Positions 32,980 through 44,091 are shown, numbered from the stretch's first letter. The stretch is DNA of 64,000 nucleotides from Meyerozyma guilliermondii (GCA_051546255.1 CP128816.1:1798001-1862000); one strand, 5' to 3'. A program made the numbers and translations. Notes: a model not told the origin generated them from the sequence alone.

Positions 32980-33468
32980 AACCCAGCAAGTGGCCGCGTA
33001 GAGCAACCTTTTATAGCGCGGTTACTATTTCCGACTTTTGCAACCACCTCGGAATTGGTTTGGTGTATCGATGTGAAACGCATGCAAGGTGGTGGAGGTC
33101 GTATTGCTGCATTGCAGCGGCTTCAGCCGCATAGGCGAATCAAGTGTGAATGGAGACTTGAACTATCAAATGATGCGATGTGGATTACAATGTTGAGATC
33201 CGTGGCATATGGTACCACTAACAGTTGTTACCTCTTCTTTTTATGAAGAGAAAATGCTTATCTTACCCATTTTTGTTGACATTAAAAATATCCGGAAATG
33301 TTTGACAGGTACAGCTATTTAAAAAATAATGCGGGCACATGCAGCTCGCTTAAGTTGGGTCGTTAATACTTGATTGCAACCTCCTATCTCTCCGCTTATG
33401 GAACGGATTTCTCGGGGTATAAATAAGGGACATGTTTGCTGAATTATCACAGAATGCTGTTACAATCA

Positions 33469-34623
33469 ATGGTGTTCAAGGCTCTTGTTGCTGCCCTTTC
33501 AGTAACCACTACTTTTGCAGCAGTTGTGCCCGAGAAACGGAGTACATCAAAAGTTATTCTGGTTGATTTCCGTGTGGAAAAATCTCCACCTCTACCGCTT
33601 TCCAGCGATATCGTTTCAGAAGGGGCAGAACAAACCAAGCGTGAAGTTATTCCTCTCACCCTTGCAAGAGATGACATTCTGTACTTGCTTCAGCTAGATA
33701 TTGGATCGAATCAAGAAACATTTACATTCCAGATTGATACGGGATCCTCCAATTTGTTCGTTCCACTTGCGGGTGCAACTTGTGAATGTGCGGAAGAAGC
33801 TAGGTATGATCCTCAAGGTTCTACCTCGTCTCACCTATTGTACAATAACGTTACTCTTTTGTACGGAGAGGGCCATGCGTATGGCGATTTTTACACTGAT
33901 ACCGTCTCATTGACCCAGAATCCTCAAGTGTCGCTCAAAGATTTTCAATTCGTAGGTGCAAACAACACCGACATAGGATATGGTTATTTGGGTCTTGGGT
34001 TTGACAACGGTGAATATTATCCGGAATACCCAAACTTTCCACAATCGTTGAAAAATCAAGGATACCTTGACAAAAACGCATATTCTTTATATTTGGATAG
34101 TGCTGAATCGCCTCTGGGAACCATCATTTTCGGCGGTAAAGATACCAGCAAGTACGAAGGTGAGTTGAAAACATTGCCCATTACCCACGACTTTCGCTTG
34201 GCCGTTGCTCTTGAAAGCATTAGTTCCGGAAACTTTACGGTTTCTGGAAATCAAATCAATTCCATGTTTGATACCGGCTCCACATTCACCTGGTTGCAAC
34301 CACAAATTTACCAGCCATTGGCAGAAAAGTATGGCTGGACGAAACAACCTGGAGGAGGTTACCATGGACCTTGTGAGGGTGATGATTTGGTGTTCGATTT
34401 TGGATACGATTTAAAGATTTCCGTTCCTTATAACCAATTGATTACCCGATATGACGGCAAACAATGCTGGGTCTATATTATCGAGCATCCAACAGATGAG
34501 ATTATAAATATTCTTGGTGATAACTTTTTGAGATCAGTTTATGCGGTATTTGATCTTGATGAGAGAACCATATCAGCGGCTCCAGTGGTGTACACTAGTG
34601 ATTCCAACGTCGTACCATTGTAA
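33469..34623 (+). CDS. Secreted aspartic protease (SAP/candidapepsin-like, family A1)
   Basis: Signal peptide MVFKALVAALSVTTTFA, KR processing sites, catalytic IDTGSS and FDTGST, ILGDNFLRS; TATAAATA at 33418. Alternative start at 33454. Confidence 0.9.
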   Translation: MVFKALVAALSVTTTFAAVVPEKRSTSKVILVDFRVEKSPPLPLSSDIVSEGAEQTKREVIPLTLARDDILYLLQLDIGSNQETFTFQIDTGSSNLFVPLAGATCECAEEARYDPQGSTSSHLLYNNVTLLYGEGHAYGDFYTDTVSLTQNPQVSLKDFQFVGANNTDIGYGYLGLGFDNGEYYPEYPNFPQSLKNQGYLDKNAYSLYLDSAESPLGTIIFGGKDTSKYEGELKTLPITHDFRLAVALESISSGNFTVSGNQINSMFDTGSTFTWLQPQIYQPLAEKYGWTKQPGGGYHGPCEGDDLVFDFGYDLKISVPYNQLITRYDGKQCWVYIIEHPTDEIINILGDNFLRSVYAVFDLDERTISAAPVVYTSDSNVVPL

Positions 34624-35288
34624 AATTGGCCTTTCGTCTTAGAAAAAAACTAGCACTTTGTTTCGTTTTCAATATATGTTTTTGACCAGCTGAATTGATG
34701 CTCAAGAAAATAATCAGCCTTGTGTAGGTACCTGGCTGGAGTGTAAATGAAATTTGCAGCTCATAACGTTATGTCAAGGCAGGTGCAGTGCATGAGCCGC
34801 TCGCTCTCAGGGGTTACATGCTCTGCATGACGGGAGCCGAGCGATAGGCAACATTCAAAGAGATTCTAGCATAAAAGGTAGACATTAACAAGCCTTATAA
34901 TTTCTCTAAAGGATGATTGTCTTCCATCAGTAGGAATAATTAAACTGATTGAAAATTTGAGATGCTCTCTTTTTTGTTACAGAGCTGAAACTGAAGTTTG
35001 ACTCTGATTTCACCGCCCCGCTATTTCACTTGCGGAGAAGAGATAAGGCTAGAAAGTTGTGATAGGAAGTGTCCACATTCAACTAGAATATCCTCCACAT
35101 TCCTTACTCAAAAAGTTAAAGAGCAGGCTTCTCTAAAGAAAGGTAACGTTATATTTGCCACTTTACTATAAGGTATCATATGGCATTTCTATGATCTTCT
35201 TGCAGCCAATGCCATTATGATCCGGTGTATGGATGTGCGACAGTTCGGACAGAGCTCGGAAACGATCGCGGCTGAGGATTAGACCACC

Positions 35289-35942
35289 ATGCTGGCCCTC
35301 GTTAATGCTGTTGAATTTGTCGATCGAGAATTGACAAGTCTCATACAATCCACCAGCTTTACGGAAAATCTCCTTGCAACGACAACCAGCAAACTTATAA
35401 GTGAGGTATTTCTTTTGTCGTTTATCATTCTCGTAGGTTATGAAACCTTATATTGGCTGGGAATCTACTTGGGACTTTGGGAGTACCATGCCAAAGATAT
35501 ATTTACAGAAATCCCCATACATTGTGCTCATGTCTACGTAAGGATAAATTTGGCTTCAAAGGACAAGATAGATCGTATAAGGGAATACTATCGTCTCAAA
35601 CAGAATCGATACAATGTTCTTAGTTGGACCACTAGTAATCAGATTGGCAGTGAAGTGTTTGAATTCGAACAATTTGTCAAGTATCACTTTGAATTCAGCC
35701 CCGAGGACTTTGAAATGAACGATGAGCCGGAATATGGATCTACCATCAGTCACCTTCGCGATAAGATTCTCACAGTTGTTTCGCAATCCGACTTGTATCG
35801 TGATTATAAGAACAAGAAACTCGAAGTCATGGTATTTGATAACCAAAACAACGAAGTTGGCCACGATAAGGACAAACAATATCTCAGCAAGACCTACATT
35901 GAGACGGGGAATGTAATTGATTGTATAATATTGGTAGAATAG
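35289..35942 (+). CDS. Hypothetical single-TM protein with a possible C-terminal ubiquitin-like fold
   Basis: 217-aa ORF with accATG start and TM segment VFLLSFIILVGYETLYW; family not recognised. Confidence 0.65.
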   Translation: MLALVNAVEFVDRELTSLIQSTSFTENLLATTTSKLISEVFLLSFIILVGYETLYWLGIYLGLWEYHAKDIFTEIPIHCAHVYVRINLASKDKIDRIREYYRLKQNRYNVLSWTTSNQIGSEVFEFEQFVKYHFEFSPEDFEMNDEPEYGSTISHLRDKILTVVSQSDLYRDYKNKKLEVMVFDNQNNEVGHDKDKQYLSKTYIETGNVIDCIILVE

Positions 35943-36113
35943 CATATAGAACCAAGGAAAAGTATCTATTGATGGCAATGGAGAGTAAGAGTCGGCAATG
36001 GTATCAATAAGAATGTGGGATTTCGTATGGCGACATGATTAATATTGAGCTCTATCATTAAAGTAGCTCATTAGCTTCTCGATTCTCTTCTTCCAGTTAT
36101 GTCCTCTTTCACC

Positions 36114-37130
36114 CTACCAGTCGAGTTGTTGCTTTGTCACCACACAAAACCGTGCTAACCGTTCGAGTCGCGATTCGAGAACAGGAGGAATAACCACTTC
36201 TTCTCTCGATTCGTCTGCTTCGTCATTGGGAGTCTTGTCTCCGCTACTTATGCATTGGTTTTCAGAACGAGGCACGCTATAGTCGTAATTGATCAGATAA
36301 TGCAGACTAAGGTCAACACCATTACCACGTGGCATCGATTGCAGAATGACGGACTTGTAATTGGAAAAGTCAAATTGTGGATAAGTTGAGAGTGTAGTCA
36401 ATCTTGATTCTAGATCGCTGGTGCCCAAGTTTAATATCACCAGGTTAACGAGCTTCCAGCAGTCCTTTCGTAAGGATATATCCAAAAGACTGCGGAGTTC
36501 ATTTGGAAGTGTTTCGAGTCCATCGACGGGGAAATCGAAACAGAGAAGACTCATCGTCACTTCGAGTTCTTTGAGTAAACTACCAGAGTTAGCAACTTTG
36601 TTTATAAGGTTTTCACGAACAAACAGGAGCACTTTATCCAAAAACTCTCGTTCTTGATCTGGTGTAATATGAGGGTTGAGTTTATGACTGCGAATCATCT
36701 CAATGAGGTTGAGTTTGAGAAGCTTGAAGTGCAATAAATTGTTGGAGTCAAGCACGGTGGGGAAGTGGTCAATAATCTCCTGGATAGCACCAGTTATATT
36801 GCCTTCAAGAATTGAATTTTTAATCTTTTTTCGTTGTCTTATCGTAGCATATCCTTTGCGAATTTTAAAAGGGGGTTGAACCAACTCGGTTTCATCAACG
36901 CTGCCTCGAGGTCCGTCTGAAATACGCTTCTGGAGATACTCTTGAACTTTATCAGCGAACTCATCACCATTATAATTGCCAAATTGAAGGCCTGTTTGAT
37001 GATAACCAAGTTGAGAAACGACTAAATCAATACCATTTTCCTTTGCAAATGTCTCAGCAGCACGCTGGTAGCCCTCCTGAACAAAGTATTCGAGAACAAT
37101 ATTGTTCATTTGGGTATTGGTGACCGACAT
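36114..37130 (-). CDS. GID8: GID complex subunit with LisH-CTLH-CRA domains
   Basis: LisH MNNIVLEYFVQEGYQRAAETFAKE; CTLH RKKIKNSILEGNITGAI...LHFKLLKLNLIEMIR; LKELEVTMSLLCF. Confidence 0.8.
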   Translation of the reverse strand: MSVTNTQMNNIVLEYFVQEGYQRAAETFAKENGIDLVVSQLGYHQTGLQFGNYNGDEFADKVQEYLQKRISDGPRGSVDETELVQPPFKIRKGYATIRQRKKIKNSILEGNITGAIQEIIDHFPTVLDSNNLLHFKLLKLNLIEMIRSHKLNPHITPDQEREFLDKVLLFVRENLINKVANSGSLLKELEVTMSLLCFDFPVDGLETLPNELRSLLDISLRKDCWKLVNLVILNLGTSDLESRLTTLSTYPQFDFSNYKSVILQSMPRGNGVDLSLHYLINYDYSVPRSENQCISSGDKTPNDEADESREEVVIPPVLESRLERLARFCVVTKQQLDW

Positions 37131-37327
37131 TCTTGGTGGTAAAGATGTGGTACTGATTCTAAATGGGTGTGGGGTGCAGTTTGGAAGCAGCAGGTTGTTG
37201 CACGACTTAATCCGGGGGTGAAACGGGGGCACTGCCGCTGACATAAGCAGATGTCATGCACCTGACCTTCGCAGCAATCTTAACGAGTATATAAGAGTTT
37301 GAAATTCCTCCACATTCAGTATCGAAC

Positions 37328-37510
37328 ATGCCAGGAGACGCTGCAGAAACCGCTAAAAACATTGCCATTGGAGTTGCTGGATCCATGGGAGGTAACAAGG
37401 TTGCCGATAAATTGCATTTGGGAGGTGCTGGCCACATTGCTTCCGGAATTGCTGGAGGAATGGGTGCCAATGCTGCCGACCGCAAGGTTGAAGAGAAGCA
37501 TGGAAACTAG
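37328..37510 (+). CDS. 60-aa glycine-zipper microprotein
   Basis: aacATG start, TATATAA at 37288-37294, biased codons, and two small-residue zipper helices (GVAGSMGG, GIAGGMGA). Confidence 0.6.
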   Translation: MPGDAAETAKNIAIGVAGSMGGNKVADKLHLGGAGHIASGIAGGMGANAADRKVEEKHGN

Positions 37511-37644
37511 ACAATGAGTATTTTATAATGTGAGAGATTTTCAACGATTGTAGATTCTTCTGCCGTGTGCGACATTTTCGCAATCGGTGCAGCAGATAAT
37601 AGAAGTTGCGGTGTGTGGGCGCAATTAGTATTGTCCTCTATCTA

Positions 37645-37843
37645 TGCTGGCAAAGTTTAAAATAACCATGACGCTGGCGTATAGTTCCCCTTGTTCCTTA
37701 ATGGATCAAGGTCCCTGGCAATTCGTTTTCGGTACTGCCAGCATCGATCCGCCATTATTTCCCGATGCGATATGGTAGGGCTGGCTAAACGCGCGATGTC
37801 TACCAAAAGCGGCTGGATTCTGTCCCAATGCGGAAGGAGCTGG
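37645..37843. promoter_or_regulatory. Cluster of six GCTGG/CCAGC Ace2/Swi5-type sites upstream of ASH1
   Basis: Sites near 37645, 37672, 37737, 37779, 37811 and 37838. Confidence 0.55.
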
Positions 37844-38166
37844 ATCAGAACGATGTATGGAATATCGGATCGCAGGTCGCACATATATAGCCTGACCCGT
37901 CTACCAATATTGCATTAATTCTTGCAACACTTTTGCAACATCAAACTTATCAGTGTGTTGTCACTGCTACCTATTTAATAACGTCAATCTTGCAGCCAAC
38001 TTGACACATTTGTGCAGGTATCTGTCAATTAGTTTCTCCGGATAGGTTTTAATCCGTCCGTCTCCGAAACTGCAAACAAGCAATTCCAACCATTAAATTC
38101 TGGCCCAATTGAGTTGCCAGACCCAGACAAACCTAATTGCTAAACTTCAGCATAATAGATCGTACC

Positions 38167-39606
38167 ATGAGCATAGTGCACAGCAGAATGTTAGACCCGC
38201 TGGTGAACTCATTTGAACCGGGCCATATGCGTTCTCGGTCTTATAGTGAATTAATGACACAATTCCGGTCGTCGTTGGCGGTTCCAGGTTTATCTCTGCC
38301 GTATGTTAAAAAGAGATCACACAGTGATATGCTGAAATCCACCAGTTGTTCCGATAATGAGCCGCAGATCAAACGCAGCCGGACAGCTCCAACTACTCCA
38401 CCAGCAACGCTTCTGTTGAAATCATCTGCAAAGACTATGAGATCCCGCTCGTTGTCGCCTAATAAGCGATTGTTCCCTGAACGCAAGAAACCAGTCCAGG
38501 AATGTAACAGAACCAAACTTCCCGGTATTGCTTCACTCAATATTCCCACCAAAGTTTCTGTTCCACCCATCACTCCCACCATTTCTTTAGACTACTTTGA
38601 CACTTACAAGCCTCATGACGAGCACTGGAAGTATGGGCTCTTGGATTCAATTCAAAAATCCAAGAACGACTTGAGTCGATACTCATATCTCAATCACCAT
38701 GCCGCATCCAAACCACTGTTCGATTCCCGTTTGAGTTCCAAGATCACCAATCCACCCGCCAACAATGTGTATCAAGAACGCAAGATCAACTTTCCCTACG
38801 AGTCCAATTACACATACTTGAACCAAACGTACAAGCGAGACATAGAAAAGTATCCCGAGTACTTGGAGCTTGCTCACTCGCTCATCTCGCTTTCCCGCAA
38901 CCAGACACTGAACCAGACACTGACAAACCAGCTGCAACTTCCTCAACAACCCCCACTTGTACCTGCAACTTCACAGCACCAGCATATTTACCATGGAAGC
39001 TTTCCCTACAGCCGCCAAAAGAATCACGATACACACCATTACGAAAGAGCAAACCATCACCACCAACACCGCCCCCACTACCATGACCACCACCATTATA
39101 ATGGAGCCTTGGCGTCGCTTCCAACACCCACTTCTTCAACTATGCAACTTCCTGCTACAGGTTCATTTTCTTCGTATCAGCCTTCAATTCCATACTCAAG
39201 ACATCCTTCCGACCCAGAGATCCGTCGTCTGCCCACAACCCCAGCACATAGCCCACAAGCTGCCAAGTTTATTCCAATAACTCCACCATCGATGAAGTCG
39301 AAATCGAGGTCTGATCTTCTTAAATCTCCACCTAAAGCATCTCAAATTAGAGTATGTATTTCGTGTGGATCCGACCAGTCACCATGCTGGAGACCTTCAT
39401 GGTCGATCAGAGAGGGCCAATTGTGTAATTCGTGTGGTTTAAGATACAAAAAGACATCGGCAAGATGTCTCAACCAAGGCTGCAAAAAAATTCCAGCCAA
39501 GGGAGAATGGTCACTTATGCTTGGTAAAGGAAAGAGTGTTTTTGAAGACGGCGAGGAGGGATACAGCTGCCTCGATTGTGGTTCGAGAGTCGAAGTTGCA
39601 AAGTAG
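38167..39606 (+). CDS. ASH1: GATA-like zinc-finger repressor Ash1
   Basis: C-terminal RVCISCGSDQSPCWRPSW...LCNSCGLRYKKT...C...CKKIP...C..C; exact start uncertain (38167 or 38188). Confidence 0.8.
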   Translation: MSIVHSRMLDPLVNSFEPGHMRSRSYSELMTQFRSSLAVPGLSLPYVKKRSHSDMLKSTSCSDNEPQIKRSRTAPTTPPATLLLKSSAKTMRSRSLSPNKRLFPERKKPVQECNRTKLPGIASLNIPTKVSVPPITPTISLDYFDTYKPHDEHWKYGLLDSIQKSKNDLSRYSYLNHHAASKPLFDSRLSSKITNPPANNVYQERKINFPYESNYTYLNQTYKRDIEKYPEYLELAHSLISLSRNQTLNQTLTNQLQLPQQPPLVPATSQHQHIYHGSFPYSRQKNHDTHHYERANHHHQHRPHYHDHHHYNGALASLPTPTSSTMQLPATGSFSSYQPSIPYSRHPSDPEIRRLPTTPAHSPQAAKFIPITPPSMKSKSRSDLLKSPPKASQIRVCISCGSDQSPCWRPSWSIREGQLCNSCGLRYKKTSARCLNQGCKKIPAKGEWSLMLGKGKSVFEDGEEGYSCLDCGSRVEVAK

Positions 39607-39758
39607 CATTTCCCAAGACATTAATTTTACCGCAGCCGCTTTCATAGTGTATAATAATTCAACCAAACACCACTTCGAGAACGTTCCAGTTGTAAAAAAC
39701 CCACACACCGGTTATATCGCACCGATTCATACGCCTCCATTTACCCACTTCTTCCACG

Positions 39759-40796
39759 ATGTCAGACATAACAATCACCATCAAATCGTCGGGAGACGCC
39801 AAGCACGAAGTAAGCATCGCTGGCGACGCCACTGTGCTTCAACTCAAAGAGAAAATTGCAGCAGTCGCCGACGTACCTGCTGATAGACAGCGGTTGATTT
39901 ATTCTGGTAAAGTGTTGAAAGATGGTGAAACGATCTCATCTTACAAAGTACAAAGCGGACACACGATCCACCTTGTCAAAAGTGCAGCAAAACCATCTGC
40001 ACCGGCTGCATCTGCTTCGACAGCATCGAACAATGAATCCAACACCGGCGCCGCGGCCGCTGCATCTACCGGAGCTCCTACCAACATTGCCCTGGGTCAA
40101 GGTGCTTTCAACCCACTCGCAGACTTAACGGGAGCCAGATACGCTGGGTACACCCAACTACCATCGGCATCTATGTTTGGACCAGATGGAGGCATGAATT
40201 CAGGTATGCCCGATCCCGAGCAACTCACAGAAATGATGTCGAATCCCATGTTTCAAGAAAGCATGAATGCCATGTTGTCAAACCCTCAAATGTTGGACTA
40301 TATGATAAACCAAAACCCGCAATTGCGTGCTATGGGACCACAAGCTAGACAAATGTTGCAGAGTCCCATGTTCAGACAAATGATGTCCAACCCAGAAATG
40401 ATGAGATCCATGATGGAAATGAGTCGTAATGCCGGTCTTGGTGGTGCTGGAGCAAACGCTTTTGCTGCCCCAGGAGCCAATCCTACTGTGGGTAGCACCG
40501 AAGAGTCGTCGGCCAGCTCCGAAACCCCAAGTGCAGGCAACACTGGAGCTGCAGCCAATCCCTTTGCATCACTTTTCCCGAACGGCATGCCACCAATTGA
40601 TCCTATGGCCCTCTTTGGAGGGGGCGCTGGCTCTGCTCCACAAGAAACCGATAATCGTCCGCCAGAGGAACGGTACGAATCGCAACTCAGGCAATTGAAT
40701 GATATGGGATTTTTTGACTTTGACCAGAACGTAGCAGCATTGCGCCGGAGCGGCGGGAGCGTGCAAGGAGCCATTGAGTATTTGTTACTGCAATAA
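39759..40796 (+). CDS. DSK2: UBL-UBA ubiquitin receptor
   Basis: UBL QRLIYSGKVLKD; STI1-like Met-rich repeats; UBA PPEERYESQLRQLNDMGFFDFDQNVAALRRSGGSVQGAI. Confidence 0.95.
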   Translation: MSDITITIKSSGDAKHEVSIAGDATVLQLKEKIAAVADVPADRQRLIYSGKVLKDGETISSYKVQSGHTIHLVKSAAKPSAPAASASTASNNESNTGAAAAASTGAPTNIALGQGAFNPLADLTGARYAGYTQLPSASMFGPDGGMNSGMPDPEQLTEMMSNPMFQESMNAMLSNPQMLDYMINQNPQLRAMGPQARQMLQSPMFRQMMSNPEMMRSMMEMSRNAGLGGAGANAFAAPGANPTVGSTEESSASSETPSAGNTGAAANPFASLFPNGMPPIDPMALFGGGAGSAPQETDNRPPEERYESQLRQLNDMGFFDFDQNVAALRRSGGSVQGAIEYLLLQ

Positions 40797-40869
40797 CTTG
40801 AAAAGACCCACTATGACTACTAGCTGAATGCTGCAAATATGTAATGTATAGGTGTAGGGATGTGACGAA

Positions 40870-42459
40870 ATGCAAAGCGAAATACAACACATTCCGAATT
40901 TGATTATTATGCTGACTTCGGAGGCAGACTCAATCAAAATGGAATCAGGTCGAGACGACGGGTCTGATTCGGACGTGGAGATTACACATGAGTCGAGAAC
41001 AGGGCCTCGTCGTACCAGGATTGTCATGGATAAACCACAAGTCGATGGACTTGTTGAAGAGCCGATGGAAATGCAGCTCCGGAAATCGGTAGCTTTAACG
41101 CTTGATGCACAGAATATGCCCATGACTCCCGGATTTCTCGACCAGATAACCGAACTCGCAAGTGAATACTTTCACAACATCATTGTAGCACTTCAGAAAT
41201 TTACCGAACTTCAACGAAGACGTCGTCCTTCACTCACAGATGTTCAGCTTTGCTTTTCTACCCTCGGAATCAATCACAATGCCGTTTTGCGACTACATGA
41301 GCTGATTACAGCCAAAATGACACCCCAGCAACATACATATGCCCGGAAAATTGCCGAGCAGAGTAATACCATACGCACCGAATCTCAAGATTTCACCATC
41401 GAACCAAAAGACCCATCGTATCCATTTATTGCCAATGAAAAGTATGAGATCACAGCAGTAGTACCCCAGCACCACGCAAGACCCGAATACGTTCCTGGAC
41501 ACATGCCTATGCTTCCCCCAGATTATACCTATCATCGAACACCGGAGTATATGCCTACCATCAGCGACTTGAAGACAGTAAGAACCAAGCTTGTAGAGGA
41601 GTCGAGGATGACAGAAAAGTGGCTATACGTGTTAATGAAAGACAACGAAAAGTATAAAGTCGACAACAACGAGATAGATGTGGAGATGGATAGAATCAGC
41701 AAAGAAGAAAATGAAGATACCCGCAAGGGAGAATGGAACGGAAGTGATGATTCTGATAGCGATGGAACCAACCACAATGGCGAGGTTAAAAGTCCCGAGA
41801 CGAAAGAAGGGCAAGAGAATGGAGAGAAGGAAACCCCTATTCCTCATTCTACTTCTAATCCTAAATTTTTCGACATAATGGCCTATGCTCGTAAACGGAT
41901 AACATCCTTAGAGCGTCGTACACAGAACCTCGAACAAAAAAGAAAACGCCGTCATGATAATATCTTCATACAAGCGGAAACTGTTTATTCTCCATATGCC
42001 ACAAAGAAACCTACTAAAGAAGTGGCCAAAAAATTTGACGATGCGTTGGAGGCCGCCTTCCTGTCTGTGCTTATACTGGTTAAAGAAGGTGAAAAGGAAA
42101 AGAGACGGAAACTTGCTGCTATTGAGGAAGACAAAAAGAGACGTCAAGAGGAACGTGAGTTGCAAGCAGACACTCTTGAGTTTGGAGCTTTGGGCAATAT
42201 TGCTCATTCTGACGATTCAGACGAGGAAGATGAAGGGTTTCCTGAATTTGATTTTCCTGATAATCCTGACCAAGCCACAAATAACTGGGAAGCATCCCAG
42301 CCAGAAACAACGACTCAAGAGATGGCTGAACAGCGTCCAACATTGGCTAAAAAAGGTTTACCTTCCAACGATCATCCTGTGGAAGAAACAAATGATAGTG
42401 ATGAAGATCTTGAGGCTGACCTCGAGGATGCTCTTGGGGATCTTGGAGCCATGACATAA
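40870..42459 (+). CDS. TAF8: TFIID subunit 8
   Basis: Histone-fold-like region (FTELQRRRRPSLTDV), TAF8-C motif PEYVPGHMPMLPPDYTYHRTPEY, KLVEESRMTEK; start could be 40909 or 40939. Confidence 0.8.
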   Translation: MQSEIQHIPNLIIMLTSEADSIKMESGRDDGSDSDVEITHESRTGPRRTRIVMDKPQVDGLVEEPMEMQLRKSVALTLDAQNMPMTPGFLDQITELASEYFHNIIVALQKFTELQRRRRPSLTDVQLCFSTLGINHNAVLRLHELITAKMTPQQHTYARKIAEQSNTIRTESQDFTIEPKDPSYPFIANEKYEITAVVPQHHARPEYVPGHMPMLPPDYTYHRTPEYMPTISDLKTVRTKLVEESRMTEKWLYVLMKDNEKYKVDNNEIDVEMDRISKEENEDTRKGEWNGSDDSDSDGTNHNGEVKSPETKEGQENGEKETPIPHSTSNPKFFDIMAYARKRITSLERRTQNLEQKRKRRHDNIFIQAETVYSPYATKKPTKEVAKKFDDALEAAFLSVLILVKEGEKEKRRKLAAIEEDKKRRQEERELQADTLEFGALGNIAHSDDSDEEDEGFPEFDFPDNPDQATNNWEASQPETTTQEMAEQRPTLAKKGLPSNDHPVEETNDSDEDLEADLEDALGDLGAMT

Positions 42460-42474
42460 GGATTTCATTACTAA

Positions 42475-44091
42475 CTAGGCTAGAGTATGTTCAACGTGCT
42501 CGACAGAAAGTTTGTGAGGACTAGCCAACATTGCAATTTCATGGTCGGCATCATCTCCAAAAACTTTTGCAACCTCTTCAAGAGTATAACCTGAGGTTTC
42601 TGGGAACATGAAGTACACAGTGATTACTTCCACCATATCCACACAACAGTATACGATGTAATATCTCCAAGATATGGCATCCATTGCAATCGGATTGACA
42701 AAGCCATTAAAGATTGAAATGACTTGCAGCACTCCTTGTACGATATTGATTCCTTTGGCACGATGACTATATGGCAAAACCTCTGTCAAGTACAAGAAAG
42801 GGAGTCCATTTGCTCCGGCATTGAATGCAACATAAAAGAGAAATATCATAGCCAATACTCCATTTGCAAAGGACTTGTCTTTAAAATCTCGCTGCTCATT
42901 GATTGCTGATAAGATGGTCCAAATCAGAAAAGTCATCACCATTCCTATGGTAGCGAACAAGAACATGGTACGCCGACGAAAGTAGCCTGCTACCGAAGCG
43001 ATAAAGATAGCAACGACAAGATTATAAATCATCAAGCAACCATTGATTTGAAGCTGACGATCGGGATCGGTAATGCCTATGGTGACCATAACCTTGGGCA
43101 AATAGAACGAAACGAGTCCGTTTCCTGAAAGTTGCATCAAGACGGGAAGAAACATGCAAATAAAGAGACGACGACGATAACTTTTCCTTGTGAAAAAATC
43201 AGTATATTTTGTCTTGTTAGCAAGTTTCTCCATTCTGATGGCTTTTTCAATCTCTCCCAATTCAAATTTGACAAGATTTTTGGCTCGTTCATCAGTGGAC
43301 CCTCCAGTATGGTATTTCACCAAAACCTGTTCTGCCTTGGCAATTTTACCTTTGCTAACCAAAAACCTTGGAGACTCCGGCACCATCAAAAAGAGACTGA
43401 TTTGCAATGCTGGCATGGCCGCTTGAAGGTAGCTAGGCAATCTCCATGAAGTGGAAGATTTGATATTTCTTGTACCATAAGTTACCCATGCAGCTATCAC
43501 CGCACCCAAGTACCAATTGGTGTTGTACCAGGTAGTAACGACTTGGCGATGGGTTGGATAAGCGATTTCAGATATTAATGTTGGTGAAGCAACCGCAGCA
43601 ATGAGGGTTCCTATTCCCAATATGATTCTTGAAACCAAAAAGAAGGCATAATTTGTGGATGCACCTTGTAACATTGCACCCACAACCGATACAATTTGAC
43701 CAATTACAATTGCCCACCAACGGCCCATTTTATCAGTCAAAGCTGGTGCTATAAAGATACCGATTATTCCACCGAAAACTTGACCATTTGCTAAAGCTCC
43801 CAAGATGTGTCCGGTAGGATGTCCCATTTTTGTTTCCCAAGTTTGTAACGACTGAAACCCGTTCAACATACTTCCGTCGTAACCATTATTGGTTGACGAG
43901 AGAGTCACCACAAAAATACAGAAGTTGAGGAACCAAAGATGCTTTACTTTCCACCATGGTTGAGAATGCGAAGTGAATTCGGAGATGGAGTGATTATCGA
44001 GGTCTGGATCGAGAGCAGGCACCAATTTGGCAATTTCAGGTTGGTGATTCGTATCGCCTTCCGAAGATTTTTCTGAAAACAGTTCTGACAT
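42475..44091 (-). CDS. Lactose/cellodextrin permease-like sugar porter (LAC12/HXT2.x/CDT group)
   Basis: NNGYDGSMLNG, DKMGR, ISEIAYPTHR, WYLGAVIAAWVTYGT, PESPRFL, QLSGNGLVSFY and PETSGYTLEE; TATAAATA 26 nt upstream of the ATG. Confidence 0.88.
   Translation of the reverse strand: MSELFSEKSSEGDTNHQPEIAKLVPALDPDLDNHSISEFTSHSQPWWKVKHLWFLNFCIFVVTLSSTNNGYDGSMLNGFQSLQTWETKMGHPTGHILGALANGQVFGGIIGIFIAPALTDKMGRWWAIVIGQIVSVVGAMLQGASTNYAFFLVSRIILGIGTLIAAVASPTLISEIAYPTHRQVVTTWYNTNWYLGAVIAAWVTYGTRNIKSSTSWRLPSYLQAAMPALQISLFLMVPESPRFLVSKGKIAKAEQVLVKYHTGGSTDERAKNLVKFELGEIEKAIRMEKLANKTKYTDFFTRKSYRRRLFICMFLPVLMQLSGNGLVSFYLPKVMVTIGITDPDRQLQINGCLMIYNLVVAIFIASVAGYFRRRTMFLFATIGMVMTFLIWTILSAINEQRDFKDKSFANGVLAMIFLFYVAFNAGANGLPFLYLTEVLPYSHRAKGINIVQGVLQVISIFNGFVNPIAMDAISWRYYIVYCCVDMVEVITVYFMFPETSGYTLEEVAKVFGDDADHEIAMLASPHKLSVEHVEHTLA

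Noticed and set aside
34801..34844. Imperfect hairpin TCGCTC...CATGC-TCT-GCATG...GAGCGA
   Set aside because: Short stems within chance expectation; no known RNA family features.
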